Shown piece by piece: positions 9,930 to 19,516 of a DNA stretch of 64,000 nucleotides (positions are counted from its first letter, which is position 1; each line of letters begins with the position of its first letter). The stretch lies in IMG/VR virus record IMGVR_UViG_3300045684_000013, positions 2,407 through 66,406 of that record, one strand, 5' to 3'. This DNA comes from a virus. The notes under the pieces are model-generated. The model was given only the letters and a program-made list of their open reading frames with translations, did no database searches and had not been told where the DNA came from. The position numbers were made by a program, and so were the translations under genes.

Positions 9930-10307
9930 TTATTTTTGGATCATGTTGAAGTATTCTGTCAGGCTGAAATTCACACCAACAATTGACGTGAAAACTTCTG
10001 CCATGCTGGTGCATTTTCGCATAAACACGCCAGCTGAACGGGAAGAATTGCAGATCATTTTCATTGTCAGGATTGTCACGCTTTCTGATTCTTCAGGCAT
10101 AACACCAGACATTTGAAAAAGCCTGCTGCTGACTTCATCAACCATGCCTGCCTGTGAATTTGTGCCACCAGAAACATTGATCAGGCTAATTTTCATTTTT
10201 CTTGCAATCCTGTATATTTCCAGTTTCAGTGAAATCAGTTCATCTGGCTGCATGCCTTCCAGCTGAAAGCCAAGCGTCAACACAAAAGCATGTTTGTTTT
10301 TATTCAT
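9930..10307 (-). CDS. hypothetical protein
   Basis: CAACATCAACATC leader before the ATG. Confidence 0.6.
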   Translation of the reverse strand: MNKNKHAFVLTLGFQLEGMQPDELISLKLEIYRIARKMKISLINVSGGTNSQAGMVDEVSSRLFQMSGVMPEESESVTILTMKMICNSSRSAGVFMRKCTSMAEVFTSIVGVNFSLTEYFNMIQK

Positions 10308-10379
10308 GATGTTGATGTTGCTTGAAATAAACGTATCATGCCTGAAATGGTTTTAGCTATGTAAGATTTTGTCTAATTT

Positions 10380-12593
10380 GTGGCCATGGCAAAGCGTGAA
10401 CAAATCACACCTGTTGGCACATCTGAAGCAATCCTGTCAATCATCTTGAATGCATCAGGCCAGCTAAATGATGCCCAACAGGCAGAGCAGCAAAGAATTT
10501 GGGAATGGGTGCAAAAAAAGCTGATGACTGGAAAGCTGGCATTGGACCTGAAAGAAAATGCAGATGGCACGCAAGGCATCAAGCCCACAGCTGCAAATGT
10601 AAAGAAAGTAAATGGCTTAATGAATCAGCTAAACATTGCGGCTGACCCTGACAGAATTAAGGATGCAGTCAAAACATACAATGAAGCAGCACAGCAAGCC
10701 AGCCAGACAAATCAAAAATACTACAAAAGCGAATTTGCAAGCTATGTTTTCAAGCCAGCTTTCAACATTCCAATTCAGAACCTGATTCAAACAACACTGG
10801 ATTCAACAACGCGCGGTCAATACACATCAGCCTTTGTCAATCCAATCAGGCAGACCATTTTCAAGCATGTTCAGACGGGTGCCAATTTTCAGACATTGGT
10901 TGATGGCCTTCAGTATCAGATTACAGGTATTTCACCAAACACGTCAAAAACTTGGGCCATTAGAAATGGCCTGCTTGAAAATTACCACCAGCTGAAAAGG
11001 CTGACACGTGACACCATGTTTCAGACATTGGCCAATGAAACAGATGCAGTGGCCAATGCACTTGGACCTGACACTGCATGGTATCAATACATTGGTGGAC
11101 TTGTGGAAGATAGCCGGAAAGAATGTATCAGAAGGCACAAATTGCGCTACTTCAGCAGGAAGGAAGTTGACAGCTGGAAGAAGCTGACCAAAAAGCAATG
11201 GCCTGAACAAATCCCCAACATTGAACCAATTGTGCAGCGTGGTGGCTGGAATTGCCTGCATGACTTACGGATTATATCGGTCAGGAGGGTGCCAGAAGAA
11301 CGGCTGAAGCAGTCATTGGCACAGGGCTTTATTGATCAGAAGCAATTTGATGAAGCCATGAAGGCCAAAGGATTTGACACCACGGCAAAGCCTGCACCAC
11401 CTGTGGCAAAGCCTGCACCACCTGTGGCAAAGCCTGCACCACCTGTGGCAAAGCCTGCACCACCTGTGGCAAAGCCTGCACCACCTGTAAGTAAAGCCGC
11501 ATCTGTGCCCGAAATTGACAGGGTGATTGACTTGAAATCTGAATTAGGTACAAAATCTAAAAATATACCAAAGGGTAGCAATGCTAAAATGGAAGCTTTA
11601 TTTAAAAAGCATGGAATTGCTTCTGAATTTGGTGAAGTGAGAAAGGGAAGGAGGGTTGAAAAAGACAGCTTTGATGGACTGCCAATATCTTCAATTGAGA
11701 AAATGATCAATACTGCCATATATGTTCAGAAAAAGTATGGCTATGTTGTCAGGATTGATCCAAGCGACATTGACAAAATAAAAAAGGCAGGAAACGGAAC
11801 AGCAAGCATTGCCCAATTTGATGGTTCATCAACTCAAAAACGTTTTACCTTTGGCAGAAGCACACACAGGAATGCAAACATGTCAGCGAATGGTGCAGGT
11901 GTCTTCATTTCTTCAAAATATGCGAAAGGCAGTTTTATTGAACAGATTGGCAGGAATAATTTTGAAGATGCAAGAAAACTGGCAGCAGTGGAGGCAAAGA
12001 AGGCAATGGTTACATGGCAGGAACTTCAGGACGAATTGACAAAAAGAAAAGAAAATGGTGAAAAACTTGCAGTTTGGGAGCGTAAAAATTTATTCAATTC
12101 AAAGGGTGCCATCAGGCAGCTTCAGAAAACCATTGACAACGCGAACAAACCAATAGAAGCGGGTGATTTTCAGCAATGGTCATTGTCAAGGGATTCAAGA
12201 GTGCTTAATGAAGATGCAACAAATGCAATCAGAAACACAACATTGCACGAATTTGGCCACGTGTTACATTATCAAGCGTTCGGAATGAGTGGAAGAAATG
12301 TGAATGAACAGCCATACAGGACAACTGCTGCTGTGCTTTCTGATTCAGATGCTTACAGGATGCGTAGAAGGTGGACAGATTTATATTCAAAATATGGAGA
12401 TAGCGAATGGACACGCACTTATTCAAAGTATGCATCAAAAATGGAAGTCGAATTGTTTGCAGAAACATTTTTGATGTATGACAGAAGGCCTGATTTGTTG
12501 CCAGCTGAAATCAGGGATTTTATGGATGAATTGTTTGAAATTCAGAGAAAAAGCATTCAATATTTCAAAGAAAATGAAATCAAATACAACTAA
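10380..12593 (+). CDS. MuF/gp7-like minor head protein with C-terminal HExxH metallopeptidase-like domain
   Basis: YIGGLVEDSRKEC and RGGWNCLH in the N-domain; LHEFGHVLH and SKYA...ELFAETF at the C-terminus; precedes scaffold and capsid. Confidence 0.8.
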   Translation: MAMAKREQITPVGTSEAILSIILNASGQLNDAQQAEQQRIWEWVQKKLMTGKLALDLKENADGTQGIKPTAANVKKVNGLMNQLNIAADPDRIKDAVKTYNEAAQQASQTNQKYYKSEFASYVFKPAFNIPIQNLIQTTLDSTTRGQYTSAFVNPIRQTIFKHVQTGANFQTLVDGLQYQITGISPNTSKTWAIRNGLLENYHQLKRLTRDTMFQTLANETDAVANALGPDTAWYQYIGGLVEDSRKECIRRHKLRYFSRKEVDSWKKLTKKQWPEQIPNIEPIVQRGGWNCLHDLRIISVRRVPEERLKQSLAQGFIDQKQFDEAMKAKGFDTTAKPAPPVAKPAPPVAKPAPPVAKPAPPVAKPAPPVSKAASVPEIDRVIDLKSELGTKSKNIPKGSNAKMEALFKKHGIASEFGEVRKGRRVEKDSFDGLPISSIEKMINTAIYVQKKYGYVVRIDPSDIDKIKKAGNGTASIAQFDGSSTQKRFTFGRSTHRNANMSANGAGVFISSKYAKGSFIEQIGRNNFEDARKLAAVEAKKAMVTWQELQDELTKRKENGEKLAVWERKNLFNSKGAIRQLQKTIDNANKPIEAGDFQQWSLSRDSRVLNEDATNAIRNTTLHEFGHVLHYQAFGMSGRNVNEQPYRTTAAVLSDSDAYRMRRRWTDLYSKYGDSEWTRTYSKYASKMEVELFAETFLMYDRRPDLLPAEIRDFMDELFEIQRKSIQYFKENEIKYN
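11384..11488 (+). repeat. 21-bp tandem repeat x5 (AKPAPPV linker)
   Basis: GGCAAAGCCTGCACCACCTGT repeated five times. Confidence 0.97.
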
Positions 12594-12882
12594 CAACAAC
12601 ACTGGCTCACAATGTGAAAGTTGCTGGTATTTTCAGGTGACTGATTTCAGTTGTAGGGCTTTCCCTTTAGGCATTCCAGATGACATCCTGTTGAATGCAA
12701 GGCCACATGATGCCATTCAGCAAGATCAGATCAACACTGGTGATGATGTTGAAGCAGAAGGACCAGCTGTTGTGCAGACATCAATTGAAGATGCAGAAAA
12801 AAGAAGACTGAAACTGATTCACAGGTTTGTCACTGAAAATGATATATATATTGCTGAAATACTGAAAAATACAGCATCTTAG
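12574..12882 (+). CDS. small Cys protein downstream of MuF (possible immunity/partner)
   Basis: CESC...CRAFPLGIPDDIL...H motif; overlaps the MuF stop. Confidence 0.6.
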   Translation: MKSNTTNNNTGSQCESCWYFQVTDFSCRAFPLGIPDDILLNARPHDAIQQDQINTGDDVEAEGPAVVQTSIEDAEKRRLKLIHRFVTENDIYIAEILKNTAS

Positions 12883-13181
12883 CCATACGCATTCAATAAG
12901 ACTTCAACAGCCTGATTCACATTGCCTTTGCAACACCTGTCAGCAAAGTGCAGCAGCCTGCCTTTATTGGCTGGTGAATACCGTGGCACATCCACAATGA
13001 ATGCATTCACTGCAACCTGAATCAGGTATTTCACAGAACCATGATTCAGGATGCCATCAGAAAAGAACTGTGCAGCCTGTTCCTTCCAACGGTTTCTTTG
13101 TTCTGGTGGCACCATCAGTTGGACTGGCACCAGCTTTCTGCTTTCTTTTGCAGCTTCTTTCATTTTTGTCATGACATTCAC
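12879..13181 (-). CDS. hypothetical protein, possible DNA-binding regulator
   Basis: Lone antisense ORF divergent from the scaffold gene. Confidence 0.45.
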   Translation of the reverse strand: MNVMTKMKEAAKESRKLVPVQLMVPPEQRNRWKEQAAQFFSDGILNHGSVKYLIQVAVNAFIVDVPRYSPANKGRLLHFADRCCKGNVNQAVEVLLNAYG

Positions 13182-13260
13182 AGCATTTTGAATTCAAATA
13201 TACATTTTTTTGTGAATTTTGATGGTGACGCAAAATAGCCGTTAACAAAAGACGCAAAAA

Positions 13261-14253
13261 ATGGCCAAAATCGAAGAAATCAAAGAACTGGTTGCACCTA
13301 CCTTGGCAAAAGCTGGTGTATCTGAAGAAACCCTGTCAGCAATTTTTGGTGAAGCTGGCATCAGTGATGATGTCAGGCAGGAAGTGAGCCAGAAAACAGC
13401 TGCCCTGACAACTTTGCAGGCTGCTGAAGCTGATGTGAATTTACGAAACAGTGTCATCAGGCAGACCATGGAAGCAATTGAAGCCAAGGTGCTTGAAAAG
13501 GCCAAGGGCTTGAAAAACAAAAAGCTGCCTGAATCCAAGCTTGAAGAAATCTGGAAGCAGAAGCATGCATCAGAAAAAGTCATCAGCCTGCTTGATATGC
13601 TTGATTCTGCTGATGTGCCTGCTGACATGGTTTCAAAGTCAGAATTTGAAGCCACACTGCACAAGCTGAAGGAAGCAGAAGGCAAGGCAAAGGCAGGCAG
13701 TCAGGCATGGCAAGACATCATCAGCCAGAAAGACAATGCATTGACGGAATTGCAAAAGCAGCATCAGAAGACAATTGCAGAGCATCAGGCAAGGGTGCAG
13801 GAAATGGAAAATCAAAGGATCAATGATGACCTTCTTTCTTTTGTCCGTGGAAAGATTGCAGGTGAAGGCTGGTTTATCAAATCCACTGAACAAGAAATTG
13901 TAAACCGTGCCAGACAGACAGCAGCTTTCATCAGGGAAAATGGCCAGCTTCAGGCCAGAAATCCAGACAATGCAGAAGTGCCAATCTTTGGTGAAAACAA
14001 ATCTGTGCCCTTGACACCTGAACAACTGGTGCTGAAGATTGCCAATGAAATGAAGGTGCTTGACAAGCAGGGTGCTGGTGCATCTGGTGCGAATCAACCA
14101 CGGGTGCCAGCTGGTGGCCAGAATGGATCAGCACAGCAGGGCAAGACGTACAGACGTGGACCGGGAACCAGTGGAGGCCAGAAGCTTGATGCCACCACAC
14201 AGAAACGGGTGTCAGCAAATGATGACCAGTTTGCAAAAATGGGCCTGACCTAA
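13261..14253 (+). CDS. capsid scaffolding protein
   Basis: Coiled-coil, Gly-rich C-tail, directly upstream of the capsid gene. Confidence 0.7.
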   Translation: MAKIEEIKELVAPTLAKAGVSEETLSAIFGEAGISDDVRQEVSQKTAALTTLQAAEADVNLRNSVIRQTMEAIEAKVLEKAKGLKNKKLPESKLEEIWKQKHASEKVISLLDMLDSADVPADMVSKSEFEATLHKLKEAEGKAKAGSQAWQDIISQKDNALTELQKQHQKTIAEHQARVQEMENQRINDDLLSFVRGKIAGEGWFIKSTEQEIVNRARQTAAFIRENGQLQARNPDNAEVPIFGENKSVPLTPEQLVLKIANEMKVLDKQGAGASGANQPRVPAGGQNGSAQQGKTYRRGPGTSGGQKLDATTQKRVSANDDQFAKMGLT

Positions 14254-14326
14254 AAAAGTTTTTTTTCAATAGGGGTGACGTTTTCCCTTCAACCATATTT
14301 TTATAACCCTTAATTAACAATTAATC

Positions 14327-15505
14327 ATGGCAGCAGCCGGACAAGACGTGGCAAGAACCCTTGGGCATCAGTGCATGGGATTTCTTGACAGTCTCAAAGA
14401 TTTTTTGTGTGGTGGAGGTGAAACCAAACGCACACAATTGGCAATGTTAGGTGCCTATCCTAACGAAAACGGATTATCAGCCGGATTTTTCCGGTCTGGA
14501 TTCAGTGACCCTTTCGTTGACAAGAATGTTGCCTTGCAGGAAGGCGGAAAAGTACACAGCATTGTGCTTTCTTACCTGCAACGCGCCCTGCCTTCAAGCG
14601 TGACGCAGGCAGCCACAGACCTTGACAGCACGCAGGATTGTACACCATGTACAGCGGGAACAGTTCAGGAATACAATGAAGTATTGATTGATGCCAGTAG
14701 CCTGAACACATTTTGCCGTAAAGTGACCTTTCAAAACAGCCAGTGGATTGAACGCTGTGAAAACCCTGAAGTGGGCATGATGCGCAGATTTCAGGCACAG
14801 ATTGATGCCATCCTGAATACAGCTGATGTTTTCCTGATTGAGCAGGCAATTGCACAGGCAGGTGCCAACAACAACCATGTCACTTTGGCGGCTGGAACGG
14901 TGCCTGATGAAACCTTGATTGCAGAGTATCAGCAGCTTGACATTGTTGATGCAAACAGGCTTCCAATTTGGGCCACAGTTGATCAGCTTTTTGAGGATTT
15001 GGATGTCAATGAATTGAATGATTGCCCTTCTGCAATCCTGTTCAGTCAAAAGGGTGGCTTTGCCACTTATTCACGGGCAGAAGCTTTCAGCTGCTGCAAT
15101 GATGCAGGTGCCAATCTTTCTGCTGTTGCAGATGCGCTTGGTTTTGCACCTTTCAAGTCACGAAATGTTGAAACGGCTTTTTTCAATTCGCTTCAAGTTG
15201 ATGACCAAGGCAGCGCACCTGATGCAGCCTTAATTCTTCATCCCGGCACAGTCCACCTGTTGGAAATCTGGAAGTACGAACACCATCCTTTTGCACACGG
15301 TCAATCAATGGGAATGGTTTACACTGACCCACAATCAGGTGAAAAGTTTGACATGAAGGTCTATTTTGATGATTGTAATGAAATCACAACGTTCACCCTG
15401 TCAAAACATGTTGGCGTGTTTGTCGCACCTACTGACCAGTATGCCACTGGTGATGCACTGGAATCTGTGAATGGTGTCATGCTGTATGAATTCAGCCGTG
15501 CATAA
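14327..15505 (+). CDS. major capsid protein
   Basis: 392 aa after the scaffold; synteny and size. Confidence 0.7.
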   Translation: MAAAGQDVARTLGHQCMGFLDSLKDFLCGGGETKRTQLAMLGAYPNENGLSAGFFRSGFSDPFVDKNVALQEGGKVHSIVLSYLQRALPSSVTQAATDLDSTQDCTPCTAGTVQEYNEVLIDASSLNTFCRKVTFQNSQWIERCENPEVGMMRRFQAQIDAILNTADVFLIEQAIAQAGANNNHVTLAAGTVPDETLIAEYQQLDIVDANRLPIWATVDQLFEDLDVNELNDCPSAILFSQKGGFATYSRAEAFSCCNDAGANLSAVADALGFAPFKSRNVETAFFNSLQVDDQGSAPDAALILHPGTVHLLEIWKYEHHPFAHGQSMGMVYTDPQSGEKFDMKVYFDDCNEITTFTLSKHVGVFVAPTDQYATGDALESVNGVMLYEFSRA

Positions 15506-15550
15506 ATTGCCTGATTTTTTCATCTTTTAATCCTCAAAAAAACAAAAATC

Positions 15551-15859
15551 ATGGCAATTAGAAATCATTTTAGTGAAGGTGACATTGGCTGCATTGTGGT
15601 AGATAATTTTTCACCCACTTCAGCTGATGCAACCGTGCTGGTGCCCTTCAGTTTTGATGTCAACATTGTTGGTGGCACGGCTTCATCAGTGGAAGTTTCA
15701 TGGGGAGATGGATCAAGTGACCCTGCTGTGGCAGGCGTGTCACCTTCCTACTCTGTGAGTCACACTTATGCAACGGCTGGAAGCTACCTGATGAAGGTGG
15801 TGACCGTCCTGACCACTGGTGAAACAGATGAAACGTGGCAAATCATTACTGTTGTTTAA
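15551..15859 (+). CDS. PKD/Ig-like domain virion protein
   Basis: SWGDGS and HTYATAGSY PKD motifs. Confidence 0.75.
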   Translation: MAIRNHFSEGDIGCIVVDNFSPTSADATVLVPFSFDVNIVGGTASSVEVSWGDGSSDPAVAGVSPSYSVSHTYATAGSYLMKVVTVLTTGETDETWQIITVV

Positions 15860-15885
15860 TCAGCAGTCTGAATCATTAACCCAAA

Positions 15886-15920
15886 CAAAAAGGCTGGTCA
15901 ATTTCTGGCCAGCCTTTTTT
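15886..15920 (+). terminator. intrinsic terminator
   Basis: AAAAAGGCTGGTCA-ATTTC-TGGCCAGCCTTTTTT. Confidence 0.75.
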
Positions 15921-15940
15921 AATATTGATAAAAAAAACAA

Positions 15941-16486
15941 ATGCGTAATACAACATGGTCACCCGGACTTTTGCCAGCTGATTCAGGTGCAGAAACCATT
16001 TCAGGATTCAATGAATCTGCACCACTGACAGAATTCCTGAAGAATACTGGCAGCCGCGATGCCAACGGCAATTATGCAGCAGGTGCAGTTGACTTCACCT
16101 ACACTGTGCCAGCTGGAAAAAGGCTGTGGATTTCCAGAATGATTGTGGCTGTGGGTGATGTTGGCAGCTTTGATGCAGATTTGTATGGAAATGGTGTGGC
16201 ATTGACAAATGGCATCAGAATCAGTATCACAAAATCAGCTGTGCAAACATTTTTGGATGCAGGCTTTGCGGTTTTTTCCAATTTTGATTGGGCTGAACTT
16301 TGCTTTGATGCAGATGTCAAAGACTGGGGAACAGGGCCAAACTTTTTGGTTGTGCGTTGGACCTTTTCAAGGTACACAACCATCCTGCTGGAAGCTGGCG
16401 ACACCTTTGATGTGAATCTGAATGATGATTTCACTGGCCTGACTGCACACAGGTTTCTGATTGAAGGCAGCCTGCTGAATCTATAA
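15941..16486 (+). CDS. putative virion protein
   Basis: Beta-rich 181 aa ORF in the head operon. Confidence 0.55.
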   Translation: MRNTTWSPGLLPADSGAETISGFNESAPLTEFLKNTGSRDANGNYAAGAVDFTYTVPAGKRLWISRMIVAVGDVGSFDADLYGNGVALTNGIRISITKSAVQTFLDAGFAVFSNFDWAELCFDADVKDWGTGPNFLVVRWTFSRYTTILLEAGDTFDVNLNDDFTGLTAHRFLIEGSLLNL

Positions 16487-16521
16487 CTTTTTTTTCGTAA
16501 ATTGGCAAAAACAGAAAGAAT

Positions 16522-17181
16522 ATGATACAAGTTAGTAACTCAGAATCAGTCATTGGTAATTTTAGGGACATCAACCACCTGAAAACACATTTAGTGCAAA
16601 ATCCTGCCATTGATATTGATGGACTGGTTTACACTGAAATCCATGCAGTGCCAATTGATTTGGTTGCATCTGTCCATCAAAGCAGACTGGTTGAAAAGGC
16701 ATTTGGAAATGCCAAGAAATCAGGCCAGCGAAATGTGACCGTTGCCAATCAGATCAGCCAAAGACGGTTGAAGATTGAAATGAGAAAGCAGCAGCAGGCT
16801 GGCAAGCTGCCAGCTGGCATGAACATCAATGCTGTGCCTTCGCACATGCTGAATGCAGCGCAAATCAACACAGCTGTTGAAACCCAATCAAAGAAGGCCA
16901 CAGGGAGCCAAAGAAAGAAGGCTGCTGCCCTGAAGGCTTCAGCAAGGATTGGCACCACTGCTGAAGAAGAAGGCCAGCAGGGTGCTTCAGACGCGGTCAC
17001 AGACATCATCAACATTGCAGTGAATGCACCATCTGCTGATGATGAAGCCACCATTGAAGAACTGGTGAAAGCTTTCACAGCCAGTCAGCTGAAGGAAGCG
17101 TTGGGCCTTGATGAAAAAACACGCGCATCAAAGGAAGAATTGGCCACAAAGATCATTGAAAAGCTTCAGCCTGTTTCATAG
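16522..17181 (+). CDS. hypothetical protein with C-terminal HeH/Rho-N-like motif
   Basis: FTASQLKEALGL...SKEELATKI. Confidence 0.5.
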   Translation: MIQVSNSESVIGNFRDINHLKTHLVQNPAIDIDGLVYTEIHAVPIDLVASVHQSRLVEKAFGNAKKSGQRNVTVANQISQRRLKIEMRKQQQAGKLPAGMNINAVPSHMLNAAQINTAVETQSKKATGSQRKKAAALKASARIGTTAEEEGQQGASDAVTDIINIAVNAPSADDEATIEELVKAFTASQLKEALGLDEKTRASKEELATKIIEKLQPVS

Positions 17182-17194
17182 GTAAACAAAAAGA

Positions 17195-18208
17195 ATGATG
17201 GTAAGCAAAATTTGTGAATGCATTGGTGACACCATAGCACTGAAAGGCCTTTGTGAAAGCAGGGCTGATTGCACTGTGTATCTGAATGATGTGCGTGGTG
17301 TCACCAATCAGATGCTTGAATTGCTGGTGTCAGATGACCAGCCAACTGCATCAGATGTGCTGGCCAGCCTGATTGCAGAAGCTGCACCAGCATTTGTGCA
17401 GCTGGTCAAGAACTCAATTGGTGCCAGCAAGAAAGAAAAGACAATCATCAGTACCATCAACACTGCCAGATGGAGAACGCCACACACGCCAATCCCCGTG
17501 GAGGCTGACAAATTGCGTGGCACCATCATCAGGCTTGAAAAAAGTCCCTACCTATACGCAAACATTGCAGATGTTGAATTGTATTCTGATGGCAGCGGTG
17601 CAGCATCTGAAAACCTGTTTGTGTATGACCTTGACACGGGTGAACTTCTTGACACATTCGCCTTTGACAATGCCACAGTTGGCTTCAAATCAATCAGAAT
17701 TGGCACAAAGTATTTTGGCATCAGGAAAATTTTAGTGGCTTATGATGCATCTGTGACAGCCACACTGGAAATTGATCAGCATGGTGCAGGGTACTATGAA
17801 AATTTGTGCAAGTCCTGTGCCTGTACTGCCACCTTTGCCACCTGTGCAGAATTTGACAGCACTGGCCCAATTCTGTATTCAGCCAGAACAGATGCAATAA
17901 ATTGTGGCATGCGCATTCAGTATTCAATTGGATGTAGCATTGAACCATTCATCTGCATCAATCGTGAAGAATTTGGCCATGGCTTCAAGTATGCAGTTGC
18001 CATGGAATTGTTCAGCGAAGTGGAGGCAAGTAGCAGAATAAATGAAGCCACCTTGACAGATTCTGAAGAAAGGTCACGGCTTTTTGAAAGGGCAGGAACA
18101 AAATTGAATATATTCATGGACAACATCAGCAAAAATGTGATGCCAGACTGTTCAATCTGTTTTCCATGCGCTGAAAGCCTGACGCGCGAATTTTACACAA
18201 TCCCCTAA
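17195..18208 (+). CDS. Cys-rich putative head-tail connector protein
   Basis: Position after the capsid genes; 14 Cys in 337 aa. Confidence 0.5.
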   Translation: MMVSKICECIGDTIALKGLCESRADCTVYLNDVRGVTNQMLELLVSDDQPTASDVLASLIAEAAPAFVQLVKNSIGASKKEKTIISTINTARWRTPHTPIPVEADKLRGTIIRLEKSPYLYANIADVELYSDGSGAASENLFVYDLDTGELLDTFAFDNATVGFKSIRIGTKYFGIRKILVAYDASVTATLEIDQHGAGYYENLCKSCACTATFATCAEFDSTGPILYSARTDAINCGMRIQYSIGCSIEPFICINREEFGHGFKYAVAMELFSEVEASSRINEATLTDSEERSRLFERAGTKLNIFMDNISKNVMPDCSICFPCAESLTREFYTIP

Positions 18209-18219
18209 AAAAAATAGTT

Positions 18220-18396
18220 ATGGCCTGTTGCGGAAAAACAAACAAAACAACTGAAAGCAAAATTCTTCAGCAATTCAAGGCTGCACAAACCAGTGGCACC
18301 AAGACCAGAAGCATGCTGCAAACCAGCCAGAACAGGTTTGCAGCATCAACATCAACTGATTTGATGCTTGCAAGGCGCAAAAAGCGTTCATCATGA
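18220..18396 (+). CDS. 58-aa basic protein MACCGK...
   Basis: Fills the gap exactly; its stop overlaps the next ATG (ATGA). Confidence 0.55.
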   Translation: MACCGKTNKTTESKILQQFKAAQTSGTKTRSMLQTSQNRFAASTSTDLMLARRKKRSS

Positions 18397-18941
18397 TTGC
18401 TGGCCTTGATGGTGTCAGGCAATACATTCAAGACACGCTTAATGTATTGGATCAGGCAATAATAATTGCAGGTGAAGGCCTTGCAGGTGATATGGCCAAC
18501 AGGGTGCATGTGCAAGGGCATGACAGCAATGACAGCCCAATTGGAAACGGTTATTCAACAAAGCCCTATTTTGCTTTGATCAGGAATTTTGCAAGTGTTG
18601 GACGCATACCAGCAAACCTGATTTCATCAACTGGTGTGTCAGTGCAGCTGCCTGCTGGCTATTCAGATTTCAGGGCTTTCAGCGGTAGGCAAACCAAAAA
18701 AGTTGACTTGAAATATAGTGGCCACCTTCAAACATCTTACAGATTTGTAAGGAATGACCTTGGTGCATACAGAATTGGGTTTCTTGGAGAACAAACACCA
18801 GACAAGCAAGGTGCATCAGCTGCTGAAAAAGCAGCACACCTTGAATCACTGTATCAGAAAGAAATATTTTCACCAACAAAAAAAGAAACTGACAACTTCT
18901 TTGCTGATGTATCTTTTGAATGGGCGAACAGAAGCAAATAG
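18393..18941 (+). CDS. putative neck/tail completion protein
   Basis: GRQTKKVDLKYSGHL motif typical of virion morphogenesis proteins. Confidence 0.6.
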   Translation: MIAGLDGVRQYIQDTLNVLDQAIIIAGEGLAGDMANRVHVQGHDSNDSPIGNGYSTKPYFALIRNFASVGRIPANLISSTGVSVQLPAGYSDFRAFSGRQTKKVDLKYSGHLQTSYRFVRNDLGAYRIGFLGEQTPDKQGASAAEKAAHLESLYQKEIFSPTKKETDNFFADVSFEWANRSK

Positions 18942-18952
18942 ACTTGCCATTT

Positions 18953-19516
18953 ATGGCCATACTGCTGAAATCTGTGGCAACACAGTTTCAGACAGCCACC
19001 TGCATTGATATTGACAATCATGATTTTGGCACACTTTTTCAGGTTGTTGAAAACGGTGTCACAAAGTCAAGGTATCAGGCTAACGATGGAAGCCAGCTGC
19101 ATTTAAATGATGCCAATTTGATGCAAACATTTGGCATTGTTCATTCATTGAAGACAGTGCAGGGCAGAGTCAGTCACCCTGCATACGGTGTCACGTTCTC
19201 TGCAAAATGTTCATTTGTGGCCATGGGCTTCAGCGGTTTTGATCCTTTGATGTTTTGGCGTGGTATGTCCATTTTTAGACCAGCTGACACCTTTATTGGC
19301 TGTGGGCTTGACACGTCTGGTGTTCAGGTCAATTTGTCTGGAATGATCACAAATTCTGGTGCAAATATTGACATGAATGCCATGGCCATCACAAAAAAAT
19401 ATTTTCCTGAACAGCTTGAAAAAATACAAAAGAATCAATTGAATATATTTGCCATAGAAGCCAGTTTTGAAATGCTGGTTGAGAATGTGTGCAACATGTG
19501 CCTGAAGTTAGAGTAA
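18953..19516 (+). CDS. putative tail terminator/structural protein
   Basis: Synteny after the neck gene. Confidence 0.4.
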   Translation: MAILLKSVATQFQTATCIDIDNHDFGTLFQVVENGVTKSRYQANDGSQLHLNDANLMQTFGIVHSLKTVQGRVSHPAYGVTFSAKCSFVAMGFSGFDPLMFWRGMSIFRPADTFIGCGLDTSGVQVNLSGMITNSGANIDMNAMAITKKYFPEQLEKIQKNQLNIFAIEASFEMLVENVCNMCLKLE

